From the NCBI GenBank assembly GCA_963674825.1, contig OY771587.1, forward strand, positions 576,001 to 640,000: a stretch of DNA of 64,000 nucleotides, in the 5' to 3' direction. Below the pieces are notes generated by a model, which was given only the letters and a program-made list of their open reading frames with translations, made no database searches and was not told the DNA's origin. This document shows positions 1 to 9,766 of the stretch, piece after piece; the stretch's first letter is position 1; the number at the start of each line of letters is the position of its first letter. Source of the DNA: Candidatus Cloacimonadales bacterium. Its GTDB lineage: Bacteria > Cloacimonadota > Cloacimonadia > Cloacimonadales > JAIOQZ01. Position numbers and translations under genes: made by a program.

Positions 1-1167
1 GGTCTCGCCGATCAGGTAAGCCTTCTTCACTGTATTGACTGCATACATCTTGAGGATCGAATAGTCCTCGCCTTTGTCCGAACCACCCATGATAATGCGG
101 ATCGGTTTATCGAACGACTGTAACGCGAATCGAACCGAGTCCGAATTGGTCGCCTTGGAATCGTTTACAAACAACACACCATTTAGCGTTCGCACTGTTT
201 CCAGTCGGTGTTCAAGCGGCTCGAAGCTTCCTACCGCGTCACGAATCAGTTCAGGACAGAATGTTGGACGCAGCCAGGCTTTCTTGAACGGCATCGTAGC
301 AAGTACAGACGCCATTACATTGGCGAGATTATGCGGCCCGATAAGCTTCATCTTCGCGGGATCCAGCTCAATAATGTGACACCACTCATTCTCATCGAAA
401 TATATCTTTCCATTTTTAACATAGCCATCGAATTCACCCTGTTTCTGAGTAGAAAATCGAAGCTTTCTCGCCTTGAAAAAGTGCTCGTAGTGCGCGATCA
501 CAGGGTCATCCGCCAAGTAAACAATGATATCGCTCTCTGTTTGGTTGCGAGTGATGTCAATTTTAGTCAGTGCGTAGTGATCGAACGAATCGTATCGGTT
601 CAGGTGATCTGGTGTAATGTTCAGCAAGACGGCTACATCCGGACGAAAATCGACGATCCGCTCCAACTGGAAGCTGCTGATCTCCAGCACGATAAAATCA
701 ATGCCCGGCTCTTCGATCGGGAAAGCGGTAAACGCGTCTCCGATATTGCCGGCCAGAATCGTGTTAAAATCCTTTTCCCGCATGATATGCGCGATCAGCG
801 TCGCCGTGGTGCTTTTACCGTTCGAACCCGTCACCGCGATAATACGGCTGGAGGGATGCTTGATCCTGTAACCCAGCTCAATCTCGCTGATGATCTCGAT
901 CTCTCGCATCTGTGCTTCTTTAAGGATCGGGATATTGCCCGGAACACCAGGGCTCAAGACGATCAGATCGCTATCCAGAACGCGTTCGGTGTGTCCACCG
1001 AATTCGCATTCAAAACGCTGTTCCATGCCCTCGGCACCCTTGACCTGATCCTGCTGTTTCGATTCGGAAAGTAAAACTTTCGCGCCAAGTTTCGTAAGTT
1101 TATCGGCCGCGGCAATTCCGCTTCGTGCCGCGCCGATCACCGCTACATTCATTTCATTCCAGTTCAT
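1..1167 (-). CDS. murD: UDP-N-acetylmuramoyl-L-alanine--D-glutamate ligase (3' end beyond window)
   Basis: Not in the ORF track (runs off the window). Reverse complement from ATG 1167 reads MNWNEMNVAVIGAARSGIAAA..., then VTGSNGKSTT and FVNDSKATN motifs; lies downstream of mraY. Confidence 0.93.
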   Translation of the reverse strand, partial: MNWNEMNVAVIGAARSGIAAADKLTKLGAKVLLSESKQQDQVKGAEGMEQRFECEFGGHTERVLDSDLIVLSPGVPGNIPILKEAQMREIEIISEIELGYRIKHPSSRIIAVTGSNGKSTTATLIAHIMREKDFNTILAGNIGDAFTAFPIEEPGIDFIVLEISSFQLERIVDFRPDVAVLLNITPDHLNRYDSFDHYALTKIDITRNQTESDIIVYLADDPVIAHYEHFFKARKLRFSTQKQGEFDGYVKNGKIYFDENEWCHIIELDPAKMKLIGPHNLANVMASVLATMPFKKAWLRPTFCPELIRDAVGSFEPLEHRLETVRTLNGVLFVNDSKATNSDSVRFALQSFDKPIRIIMGGSDKGEDYSILKMYAVNTVKKAYLIGET

Positions 1168-1214
1168 GATCAACCTTTGATTCTATCTTTCCTTATTATA
1201 CTATTTATAGGCAC

Positions 1215-1427
1215 TTATGTAAGCCCATATGCTTCTTTCATTCTTGCGAAGGGATTGGCTCTGCGATTTTCTTTTTCGACCGGATACATCTCTTTCATGC
1301 ACTGCGGACAGAGTCCGTAGGTAAGTGTCGCAGAAACGAAATCCGCCGGAATACTGTAATCCCAGCAATGCTCGTTCTGCTGTATCTTGTTGCATGCGCA
1401 GCAAATCTGGACCGTAACATCACTCAT
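1215..1427 (-). CDS. Small Cys-rich putative zinc-binding protein (70 aa)
   Basis: GAGG SD 5 nt upstream; fills the mraY-murD gap; motif ICCACNKI...W...TYGLCPQC..MY. Confidence 0.7.
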   Translation of the reverse strand: MSDVTVQICCACNKIQQNEHCWDYSIPADFVSATLTYGLCPQCMKEMYPVEKENRRANPFARMKEAYGLT

Positions 1428-1448
1428 AACAACCTCTTCATTGCCACG

Positions 1449-2552
1449 TCAGCGCAGCTTGATCGTTGCCAAGCCTATCGCTGCAAGCAGCGTGGCGACA
1501 ATCCAGAACCGTACGACGATCTTCTCTTCCGACATCCCCTTAAGCTCGAAGTGGTGGTGCAACGGCGCACACCGGAAGATGCGTTTGCCGGTTCCATAGC
1601 GGCGACGCGTGTATTTGAAATAATATGTTTGCATCATCGAAGACAGCGCTTCGACCACGAAAATTCCAGCAATGATGATAAAGAAAATCTCTTCCTTGAG
1701 CAGAATCGCCAGGTTGGCCATTAATCCGCCCAGCGTGAGCGATCCCGTGTCCCCCATAAAAATCTCGGCAGGCTTGATATTGAACCACAAGAAGCCAAGC
1801 AGCGTCCCGATCAGAGCTGCCGTGAAGACGGTCAGCTCGCCTGCTTCGGGCATAAATTCCAAATGCAGGTAGGTCGCCAGCTTGATGTTACCTTTCAGAT
1901 AGGCCATGATGCCGATTGCGAAGGTTGCAATCGCTGTGGTACCTCCCGCCAGACCATCCAAGCCGTCGGTGAGGTTGACCGCGTTCGATGTTCCGGTAAT
2001 CATAAGGATCACGAACGGGATGAAGAAAATCCCCAATGAAATCGTAATCCCCTTGAAAAACGGAAGGCTGATCTCCGTGATATTGGGTACATTGGTGTGA
2101 TTGAAATACAGAGCCAGCGCAATGATCAATCCTAATGAAATCTGGCCGTAGAGCTTGTAACGCGCCACGAGACCTTTTTCCAGCTTCTTGAAATTCTTCA
2201 GATAGTCATCCAGGAATCCCAAGCCACCCAGCCACAGCACCGTCAGGTACATAAACAGGATGTTGGTGTTCACCAGGTTGTTCCAAAGAAGGGACGAGAT
2301 AATCAGCCCACTCAGGATAATCAGACCACCCATTGTAGGTGTGCCCTGTTTGGCTTTGTGCGCGGCGGGAACGTCGCTATTGATCATCTCCACTGCCTGG
2401 CGATCTCTCAGCAGCCTGATCAAACGAGGTCCCAGCAGGAACGAGAAGACCAGAGCTGTTATAAATGCCGCCACAGACCGAAAGGTCACGTAGCGAAACA
2501 CGTTGAAAACGATGCTCTGCTCTGCCAGCGGAGAAAACAGATGATAAAACAT
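1449..2552 (-). CDS. mraY: Phospho-N-acetylmuramoyl-pentapeptide transferase
   Basis: KQGTPTMGG, DDYLK, NAVNLTDGLDGL, FMGDTGS and APLHHHFE motifs; multiple TM helices. Confidence 0.98.
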   Translation of the reverse strand: MFYHLFSPLAEQSIVFNVFRYVTFRSVAAFITALVFSFLLGPRLIRLLRDRQAVEMINSDVPAAHKAKQGTPTMGGLIILSGLIISSLLWNNLVNTNILFMYLTVLWLGGLGFLDDYLKNFKKLEKGLVARYKLYGQISLGLIIALALYFNHTNVPNITEISLPFFKGITISLGIFFIPFVILMITGTSNAVNLTDGLDGLAGGTTAIATFAIGIMAYLKGNIKLATYLHLEFMPEAGELTVFTAALIGTLLGFLWFNIKPAEIFMGDTGSLTLGGLMANLAILLKEEIFFIIIAGIFVVEALSSMMQTYYFKYTRRRYGTGKRIFRCAPLHHHFELKGMSEEKIVVRFWIVATLLAAIGLATIKLR

Positions 2553-2553
2553 A

Positions 2554-5331
2554 TTACAACCTTCCCGTCAGTTTTTCCAGATGAATACCATGCGAGGCTT
2601 TGATCAGAATCACGGCGTTCTTCGGCAGATCATCCAGCGCGTCTGATTCCAGCAGCGCTTTCACGTTATCGAAGTGGCGACCGGCACCATAGTGGATCGA
2701 GTCTTTACCGATCGAGAAAATCCGCATACCCGGGCCTTTAAGCTCTTTGCCAACAGCTTTGTGATATTTCTCGCTGCTCTCGCCCAGTTCGAGCATATCG
2801 CCCAGGAAAGCCACGTGAAATCGATTCGGCTCGAAGTCTTTCCAGAAGCGAATCGCGGCGATCATCGAGGTGGGATTAGCATTGTAGCAGTCGGCAATCA
2901 CGATGCGATCGCCAGACGTGAAAATGTTCGTCCGCATACCGATCTCGAGCGGCTTTCGAAGGCCATTGCGAATCGATTCCGCGTCAATCCCGAGTTCGCC
3001 GCATACAGCCACGGCTGCCAGCGCGTTTTCGGCAAGGTAGGGAACCGGCGTCGCGATCCGGTACGATTGCCCTTTGATTTCGAACGTGACACCGGAGGCA
3101 TCAGGCTCGATGTTAGAGAGTTCGTAGTCGCCTCTATTTCCAAATGTTACGGATTCTTTTCGATAGTCTTTCAGGACGAAATCCGACGGAATAATCTTTT
3201 TGTCTGTAGTAAAATTCAATAACTCGGCCTTCTCGCGCGCAACGCCCTTTTCATCGCCGAAAAATTCCAGATGCGACGGGCCGATGGAGGTGATGAGACC
3301 GATTTCGGGTGCAAGAATCCTGGCGATATGCTTCATTTCGCCCGGGTGATTGGTACCCAACTCGACCACAGCATAGTCATGCCATGTGCGCAGCTTGAAG
3401 AGCGTCTTGGGGACACCGATCTGGTTGTTCTCGTTGGCGTGCGTAAAATGAACCTTGCCAACCTCACTCAGGATACCTGTGAGCATCGCCTTGGTTGTGG
3501 TCTTCCCCACGCTGCCGGTCAGGCCGATACGCGTTGCCGGGAAAATTCGTGCGTACGCTTTCGCGAGCTTCTGATACGCGTCTGTCGTATCCTTAACGAC
3601 GATTGTCCGGTCATCCGGGAAGGCTCTACTGACTACCGCCATGCAGCGCTCTTCCTCCAGCGCGTCGAAAACGAAGCTATGTCCATCAAAGCGCTCACCC
3701 TTGATCGCGAAGTAGAGCGATTCGGGACGTATGGTGCGCGTATCGGTCGAAATGTAGCGGAAATAGTTTTCGCCAGCGATCTCTACGCCGAAAATCCGCT
3801 CCAGCATCATGCTGTCGATAGGGATATCCAGTTCGATTGTGCTGATGTCGCCGGCTGCATCGCGAGCAGCGAGCTCCACCTGGATTTGGCGCGCAATGGC
3901 GGCATCGTCGAAGTCATGCTTCTTGTCGCCAATCTGCTGATACTTTTCGTGTCCCTTCCCGGCGATCAACACGATATCATCTTTGCCAGCAAGCCTGATC
4001 GCGGCCTCAATGGCCATTTTGCGATCGCGTAGAATCCAAATGGGCGCGTCTTGATCAATCTCGCGCGTGATACCTTTTATAATAGACTCGGGAGATTCAT
4101 GGCGGGGATTGTCGCTGGTGACAATCGCAACATCCGCGTACTGCACGGCGATACGCCCCATCTCGGGACGCTTGCCGCGATCGCGGTCACCACCAGCACC
4201 GAAGACACAGATCAGCCTGCGGTGAGGAATTTCTTTCAGCGATTGCAATACATGCTCCAGCGCGTCCGGCGTGTGGGCGTAATCGATATAGATGCTACTG
4301 CCCGGTTCGATGGGCTCGAGGCGGCCTTCCACATGCTGGATATTCGCAAGCGCTTCCTGCAAAGTGTGTAGTGTAATATCGTAGCTTTCCTTGATGGCGG
4401 CAATTGCGAGCGCGGTATTGAGCACGTTGTGCTTGCCAATGAAATTAATACTGTAGGGCTCGCTACGCTGGTTGAAGTGCAGCTCGAATTCGCATCCGAG
4501 GATAGAGCTGCTCGTCTTGTCGATCATGTAGCTGCCATGCTCGAAGGAAACGCTTCTACGTTCGCACTCGAGGATGTCGAAAAGCTCTTTACCATATTGG
4601 TCGTCGATATTCACGATGGCTACGCCGTCGTTCTCGGTCAGGTAGTCGAACAGCGTGAACTTGGCGCGCTTGTAGTTGTCGATGGTCTCGTGGAAATCGA
4701 GGTGGTCACGCGTCAGATTGGAGAACACAGCCAGATCGAAGTTCAAACCATAGATACGATCCAGCGCGATCGCGTGCGAAGAGACCTCCATCACCACGCA
4801 TTGCACACCTTCTTCCACCATATCCGCGAAGATGCGATTCAGCTCCATGATGTCCGGCGTCGTGCGCTCGGAGGGGTAGTAATCGCTACCGATGTAATAG
4901 CCAAGCGTTCCGATCAGCCCGGTCTTGTAGCCGGCATAGTCCAATAAACCGCGGATCAGGTGCGTGATGGTCGTCTTGCCATTCGTGCCTGTCGCACCAA
5001 TGAGATGGAATTGACGGGTCGGGTCTTCGAAATATATCTTCGCCGCCAGTGCTGCTGCTTTCCGGGCATTATAAACGACGATCTGTGGTATGTTCAACTC
5101 CTGGCGTTCTTCGACGATCAGGATCGACGCGCCCATCGCAACGGCTTTCGGAGCGTAACGATGACCGTCCGTACTGAATCCCTTGATGCAGATGAATAGG
5201 TCGTTCTGCTCAACCTGGCGGGAATCGGTCTCCGGTTTATGTGCAATCATGCCACCCGGAGCGTCGTGCTCGACGAGCAGATGTTGTGTTTTCAAGTAAT
5301 CAATCAGCCGATCGATCGATAGTTTTCGCAT
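2554..5331 (-). CDS. murEF: Bifunctional MurE-MurF ligase fusion
   Basis: N-half: TGTNGKTT, DYAHTPDAL, DNPR, AGKGHE (MurE). C-half: TGSVGKTT, NENNQIG, ELGTNHPGE, DCYNANP, GDMLELG, KASHG (MurF). Start placed at ATG 5331 (TGATG overlap with ftsI). Confidence 0.95.
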   Translation of the reverse strand: MRKLSIDRLIDYLKTQHLLVEHDAPGGMIAHKPETDSRQVEQNDLFICIKGFSTDGHRYAPKAVAMGASILIVEERQELNIPQIVVYNARKAAALAAKIYFEDPTRQFHLIGATGTNGKTTITHLIRGLLDYAGYKTGLIGTLGYYIGSDYYPSERTTPDIMELNRIFADMVEEGVQCVVMEVSSHAIALDRIYGLNFDLAVFSNLTRDHLDFHETIDNYKRAKFTLFDYLTENDGVAIVNIDDQYGKELFDILECERRSVSFEHGSYMIDKTSSSILGCEFELHFNQRSEPYSINFIGKHNVLNTALAIAAIKESYDITLHTLQEALANIQHVEGRLEPIEPGSSIYIDYAHTPDALEHVLQSLKEIPHRRLICVFGAGGDRDRGKRPEMGRIAVQYADVAIVTSDNPRHESPESIIKGITREIDQDAPIWILRDRKMAIEAAIRLAGKDDIVLIAGKGHEKYQQIGDKKHDFDDAAIARQIQVELAARDAAGDISTIELDIPIDSMMLERIFGVEIAGENYFRYISTDTRTIRPESLYFAIKGERFDGHSFVFDALEEERCMAVVSRAFPDDRTIVVKDTTDAYQKLAKAYARIFPATRIGLTGSVGKTTTKAMLTGILSEVGKVHFTHANENNQIGVPKTLFKLRTWHDYAVVELGTNHPGEMKHIARILAPEIGLITSIGPSHLEFFGDEKGVAREKAELLNFTTDKKIIPSDFVLKDYRKESVTFGNRGDYELSNIEPDASGVTFEIKGQSYRIATPVPYLAENALAAVAVCGELGIDAESIRNGLRKPLEIGMRTNIFTSGDRIVIADCYNANPTSMIAAIRFWKDFEPNRFHVAFLGDMLELGESSEKYHKAVGKELKGPGMRIFSIGKDSIHYGAGRHFDNVKALLESDALDDLPKNAVILIKASHGIHLEKLTGRL

Positions 5332-7484
5332 CAACCTGCCTCCACCTGGCATACTTGCCCGTATTTGATTTTCTCTCCGGCCTTGATCGACTGCTTGCGC
5401 ACCACACCGTTGCCATTGACTTGCAGCTTGATGTTGCTGCGACGAGCCAGGTCAGCGGCCTTTCGGATCGTCTTGCCCACCAGGTCGGGCATCGTGGACG
5501 ATGCCGGATCGACCGCAACTTCCTTATGCTTATGGTCGATAACGATCACGACTTTGTTGCTGCGATCGAATGCCACACCAGCTTTGGGATACTGGTTGAT
5601 TACAACACCATCGGGATCGCGAACGATATGCTCGAAAGCGATCGATTGCGCGTTCAGCGTACGAACCGCCTCGGTCACGGAAAGGCCTTCCACGTTGGGC
5701 ATCTCGATCATGTCGTGCTGTTCACTCCGAATATCGGGCATGATGCGGCACGTCGGAAGCGCCAGGATGTTCTCGGTGATATCCCTAAAGGTCGGGACCG
5801 CCGACATCGAACCGTAGTGGTATTTATAGGCGGGTTCATCGACCACGATAAGCATCAGAATCTGCGGATCGTCAGCAGGATAGTAACCCGCAAACGAGGC
5901 CGTATATTTATCGTCAGAATAGCCGCCACCCGCTTTCATCTTTTCTGCGGTACCTGTCTTTCCTGCGATAGTCATCTTTGGGAAGCGTGTCGCGGTACCG
6001 GTACCGTAATTGACCACATCCTTCATATAGGTACGCAGCGTATCCAGCGATGTCTGATCGGAGATCGTGCGCAATACTTCTGTCTTGTGCTCGAAGATCG
6101 TCTCGCCGTTTTCATCATATACACGCTTTACCAGCGTCGGCTGGATTACCTTACCACCGTTTGCAAGCGGTGCATAAGCAGCAGCCATCTGAATCGCCGT
6201 AACTGCAATCTCCTGTCCGAAGGAGATCGAGTGAAGGCTAAAGCTGCCCCAGTCCTTCAGCTTGCGGAAAATTCCGGGGCTTTCACCTGTCACTTCGAGA
6301 CCAGTCTTGAGCCCGAAGCCAAGCTCGGTAAGGCGCTTGTAGAGGCGCTTGTCGCCAACTTTCTCGGCTATTTTCGCGATACCGACGTTGCTGGAATGCA
6401 CCAGCACGTCCTTGAAACTGAGACTCTTGAACTCATGTGCGTCGCTGATGGTACGTTTTTCGAGCTTATACTTGCGGCAGTCGATCATGTCCGATCCTCT
6501 GTAGAGGTGCTTCTCGATAGCCAACAATGAGGTGAACGCCTTCATTGTCGAGCCAGGCTCGAAGAGGAACGATACCGGCATATTGGGCAGTGCGCGGATC
6601 GCAGCGGTTTGTTTGTGCTTATCGAACTGAGAGATGCCACTCATCGCCAGGACATGCCCGGAATTGGGATTCATGATAACACCCATGACATTCTTCGCGC
6701 TGTATTCGTCGATGGCGCTTTTCAAGCTGTTTTCCAGGATTTCCTGATATTCGGTGTCGATGGTGAGTTCAACATTATAGCCGTTACGCGCTTTCTTCTC
6801 TTTCATTTCGCGATCTGGAATCGCGTGCTGGTTGCCATCGTAGATGACCTTGCGCCATCCCGGCTCGCCCTGGAGGTAGTTGTCCAGCGCATACTCGATG
6901 CCGCAAAGACCCTTGAGAGTGTAAATACTATTGCTGCTGTTGAGCGATTCTTCCTGAACCATTCCCAGCATACGGGCCGCGAGGTCACCCTGCGCGTAGG
7001 TCCGTTTCATGGATGCGAAACTGCTGATAATACGCGGATAATCCCGCTCCTGGATGATGTTGTTGATCATCACGAGCTGGGATTCCCGAATGCGATTGGA
7101 GATAACAACCGAAGATGAGGCCGATTTGCTGTTGAGCTTCTGCAGGACGTAGCTTTTCGTCAGATCGCTGTTCTGCGCAAAGATCGTCGCCAGAGTATCG
7201 TAATACGCCTCGACCTTGACATTATTCTTGTCGCACCAGAGCTTGATAGAGGGACGGTGCACTTCGACCTGATAGTTTTTCACGCTGCTTACGAGCAAAT
7301 TGCCGTTGCAGTCGTAGATATTTCCGCGATAGGGGATGAGGATTTCGTTTGAGGGATTGTAACGAAGTCGGGCCATTCCGCTCAGATTATGCACGTCGAG
7401 GACCTGGACGGCAAAAAGGTGGACCATCCAAAGTAAAACGACCAGCGCGCTAACGCCGAGGAGCGTGTAGTATCGGAGCTTCAT
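5331..7484 (-). CDS. ftsI: Class B penicillin-binding protein (FtsI/PBP3) with C-terminal PASTA domains
   Basis: N-terminal TM, RGNIYD, EPGSTMK (SxxK), SSN, KTG motifs; MPNVEG/MPDLVG PASTA starts; dcw position. Confidence 0.95.
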   Translation of the reverse strand: MKLRYYTLLGVSALVVLLWMVHLFAVQVLDVHNLSGMARLRYNPSNEILIPYRGNIYDCNGNLLVSSVKNYQVEVHRPSIKLWCDKNNVKVEAYYDTLATIFAQNSDLTKSYVLQKLNSKSASSSVVISNRIRESQLVMINNIIQERDYPRIISSFASMKRTYAQGDLAARMLGMVQEESLNSSNSIYTLKGLCGIEYALDNYLQGEPGWRKVIYDGNQHAIPDREMKEKKARNGYNVELTIDTEYQEILENSLKSAIDEYSAKNVMGVIMNPNSGHVLAMSGISQFDKHKQTAAIRALPNMPVSFLFEPGSTMKAFTSLLAIEKHLYRGSDMIDCRKYKLEKRTISDAHEFKSLSFKDVLVHSSNVGIAKIAEKVGDKRLYKRLTELGFGLKTGLEVTGESPGIFRKLKDWGSFSLHSISFGQEIAVTAIQMAAAYAPLANGGKVIQPTLVKRVYDENGETIFEHKTEVLRTISDQTSLDTLRTYMKDVVNYGTGTATRFPKMTIAGKTGTAEKMKAGGGYSDDKYTASFAGYYPADDPQILMLIVVDEPAYKYHYGSMSAVPTFRDITENILALPTCRIMPDIRSEQHDMIEMPNVEGLSVTEAVRTLNAQSIAFEHIVRDPDGVVINQYPKAGVAFDRSNKVVIVIDHKHKEVAVDPASSTMPDLVGKTIRKAADLARRSNIKLQVNGNGVVRKQSIKAGEKIKYGQVCQVEAG

Positions 7485-7494
7485 GAGCCTGAAG

Positions 7495-7836
7495 TTATTT
7501 TGTCAACGCTTCCATCGAAGGAACGAAGAAGTCGATCAGACTGAAACGCTTGGTTTCGTCGTTCAGTCGCGTTTCCTTCACGTAATGGACGCTGTTGTCA
7601 GCTTGGTCGGGCAGCACCATGTCCAGGTTCTGCCGTGCATATTTTTGAATTCTCTCGCGAGCGCTCAGGCGGATGTAGTCCAGCTTGAGGTCGCTGTTCA
7701 GAAGACGCTCCGCGGCGCAGACTTTCTCCAGGCGGGCAATCTCCTTCTCGCTGTTCAGGATGTTGTGCTTGTTATAATAGTGTGCGAATACCAGTAGTGA
7801 GACAAATACTGCCAGCAATACCAATTTCTTACGCAT
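7495..7836 (-). CDS. ftsL: Cell division protein FtsL
   Basis: One TM helix plus coiled coil ending LSARERIQKYARQNLDM; between rsmH and ftsI; start MRKKLV at 7836. Confidence 0.8.
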   Translation of the reverse strand: MRKKLVLLAVFVSLLVFAHYYNKHNILNSEKEIARLEKVCAAERLLNSDLKLDYIRLSARERIQKYARQNLDMVLPDQADNSVHYVKETRLNDETKRFSLIDFFVPSMEALTK

Positions 7837-8767
7837 TCGATTCCCCCTTTTTCTCGGCAATACGTAATTTGGCGCTCCGGGCCCTGCTATTCTCTTTGAT
7901 CTCCTCATCCGAGGGACGGAGCGGTTTGCGAGTGATAATCTTGATTCTCGATGTTTTTGAGCACATACAGGTTGGCAGAGAGCTTGGGCACAAACATGAT
8001 TTTTCCTCGAATGCGAAATACTGCTTCACAATCCTGTCCTCCAGGCTGTGGTAGGACATTGCCACGATCCTGCCGGATTCATTAAGCATATCCACCGCGT
8101 CCTTGAGTCCTTTCTTCAGGTGCTCAAGTTCCTGATTGACATAGATGCGAAGTGCCTGGTAAATGCGTGCTCTCGCTTTCGCTTTCATGTGTGATGCCGT
8201 TGCCCTGTCGATGATCGACGATAGTTGCGAAGTGGTTCTGATCTCCTCCTTGATGCGTTCCTGTTCGATCGCGCGTGCGATGCGGCCGGATTCACGTTCC
8301 TCGCCAAACTCCCAGAAGATTTTCTTCAGTTCATCTACCGAGAGCGTATTGACTACATCCGCCGCAGACTGCCCGTAGCCTTTGTCCATGCGCATATCAA
8401 GAGGCGAGTCGTCCTGGAAGCCGAAGCCACGCTCCGGGCAATCGAACTGATGCGATGATACGCCGAAGTCGAACAAGATGCCGTCGATCCGGCGCACGAA
8501 ATTAAGCGCCAGATGGGTCCGCATCTCCGAGAAATTGGCGTGAATCGCCTTGAAGCGGTCCGGGTATTTCTGTATGAGATCTTCGTTTTGCTGGATGGCG
8601 TCCGGGTCGCGATCGAACCCGAATACTCGGATGTCGGGATAGCGCGCAAGCATCTCGCGTGTGTGGCCACCACCACCAAGAGTAGCATCCACATAAACGC
8701 GTTCTGGACGGATATTCAACCCGTCCAGAGATTCTTGCAACATTACCGGTACATGATATTGGCTCAT
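7829..8767 (-). CDS. rsmH: 16S rRNA m4C1402 methyltransferase
   Basis: HVPVML, DATLGGGGH, GVSSHQFD, LDMRMD, YHSLEDRIVK, RARSAKLR. Confidence 0.98.
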   Translation of the reverse strand: MSQYHVPVMLQESLDGLNIRPERVYVDATLGGGGHTREMLARYPDIRVFGFDRDPDAIQQNEDLIQKYPDRFKAIHANFSEMRTHLALNFVRRIDGILFDFGVSSHQFDCPERGFGFQDDSPLDMRMDKGYGQSAADVVNTLSVDELKKIFWEFGEERESGRIARAIEQERIKEEIRTTSQLSSIIDRATASHMKAKARARIYQALRIYVNQELEHLKKGLKDAVDMLNESGRIVAMSYHSLEDRIVKQYFAFEEKSCLCPSSLPTCMCSKTSRIKIITRKPLRPSDEEIKENSRARSAKLRIAEKKGESNA

Positions 8768-8869
8768 GCTGAGACATCCCTCTTCGTGTCGATTGCGATC
8801 ATGATAGAATACTCCAATAGGATTGGAGCCGGGTGATTATTAGAAGCTCCTGCATCAAATTCACGGCCA

Positions 8870-9313
8870 TCAAATCTGGAAGTCCGTGGATTCGAAATCG
8901 TCGCCCACGATGCTTGCGATGCGCTTGCGTTCTTCCTGTTCAAACATATCAGGTGACCAGATGGAGATGAAATCGGTCTCCCCCATCAGGATCGCCTTGT
9001 CGTCAATGCCGGCGCTTTCGAGCAGTTTCGGGGTGATCTTGATGCGACCGGGGCCCTCGTACTGCTGTGGCGCCATGGCGAATATCTGAAAATAGGACAA
9101 AATCTTACGTTGACGCGCGTCGCCGCTTTTCAGCTTGTCGCGTATCAAACGCCAGTTTTCGAGCGGGTAAATCAAAATGGTCTTGATACTGCCGGGGCTC
9201 AGGGTGGCGACCCATGAGGGGTCATGTTCGAATTGCTTGCGGAAATCGGACGGAATCACGATCCGCTGCTTATGGATTGCGCCTTCAAAGCTTCCTGTAA
9301 AATCGATCGCCAT
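8870..9313 (-). CDS. mraZ: MraZ transcriptional regulator (divergent)
   Basis: 147 aa, first gene of the dcw cluster; FTGSF..., RIVIPSDFR, GRIKI, ISIWS pattern of two SpoVT/AbrB repeats. Confidence 0.85.
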   Translation of the reverse strand: MAIDFTGSFEGAIHKQRIVIPSDFRKQFEHDPSWVATLSPGSIKTILIYPLENWRLIRDKLKSGDARQRKILSYFQIFAMAPQQYEGPGRIKITPKLLESAGIDDKAILMGETDFISIWSPDMFEQEERKRIASIVGDDFESTDFQI

Positions 9314-9323
9314 TTTGACCCCC

Positions 9324-9377
9324 GGAGAAATCTTGAGAACCTATGAGTTAATTTGAGCTCTTATGCGATTTTTTGAC
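9324..9377. promoter_or_regulatory. 10-bp-periodic direct repeats, putative MraZ operator
   Basis: + strand GGAG 9324, TGAG 9334/9344/9354, TGCG 9364, TGAC 9374: exact 10-bp period directly upstream of mraZ. Confidence 0.65.
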
Positions 9378-9766
9378 ACAGAGGCGTCAAACGTCAAGCG
9401 TTTTTTTATTTTCTGCCTTTTTTTTTCACGGATTGAGACGACATCCACATATGATGGCTATCCCGAATGATCATTCATTTAGCTATTCTATTGTATTACA
9501 GAGCCTTATGGGCTTCGTCAAATTTCTGTCTTCTCAATTGGATCGTTCATAATAATATGTAATTTTTCATGCATTATTTCATCAATTCTCTCCTAAATCG
9601 GAGAATCGACCGGCTGGGGTAGTGAGATTTTTTGAGAAAATAGGTTTGCGCGGCACCGAAAACGGCCAAATCAGGCAAGATCATCGAGGATACCCGCGAA
9701 ATTATTAGATTGACCACAATTCATTTTCGAGCATGTTGTGGCAAACACATCGGAGGATAGTATTCC

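Noticed and set aside
208..1074. 288-aa + strand ORF
   Set aside because: Antisense shadow of murD, which occupies 1..1167 on the minus strand with clear motifs.
5241..6530. 429-aa + strand ORF (also 18104..19273, 35951..37003, 41967..42794 and similar)
   Set aside because: Antisense shadows of well-supported genes; no motifs or SD; expected from codon bias.
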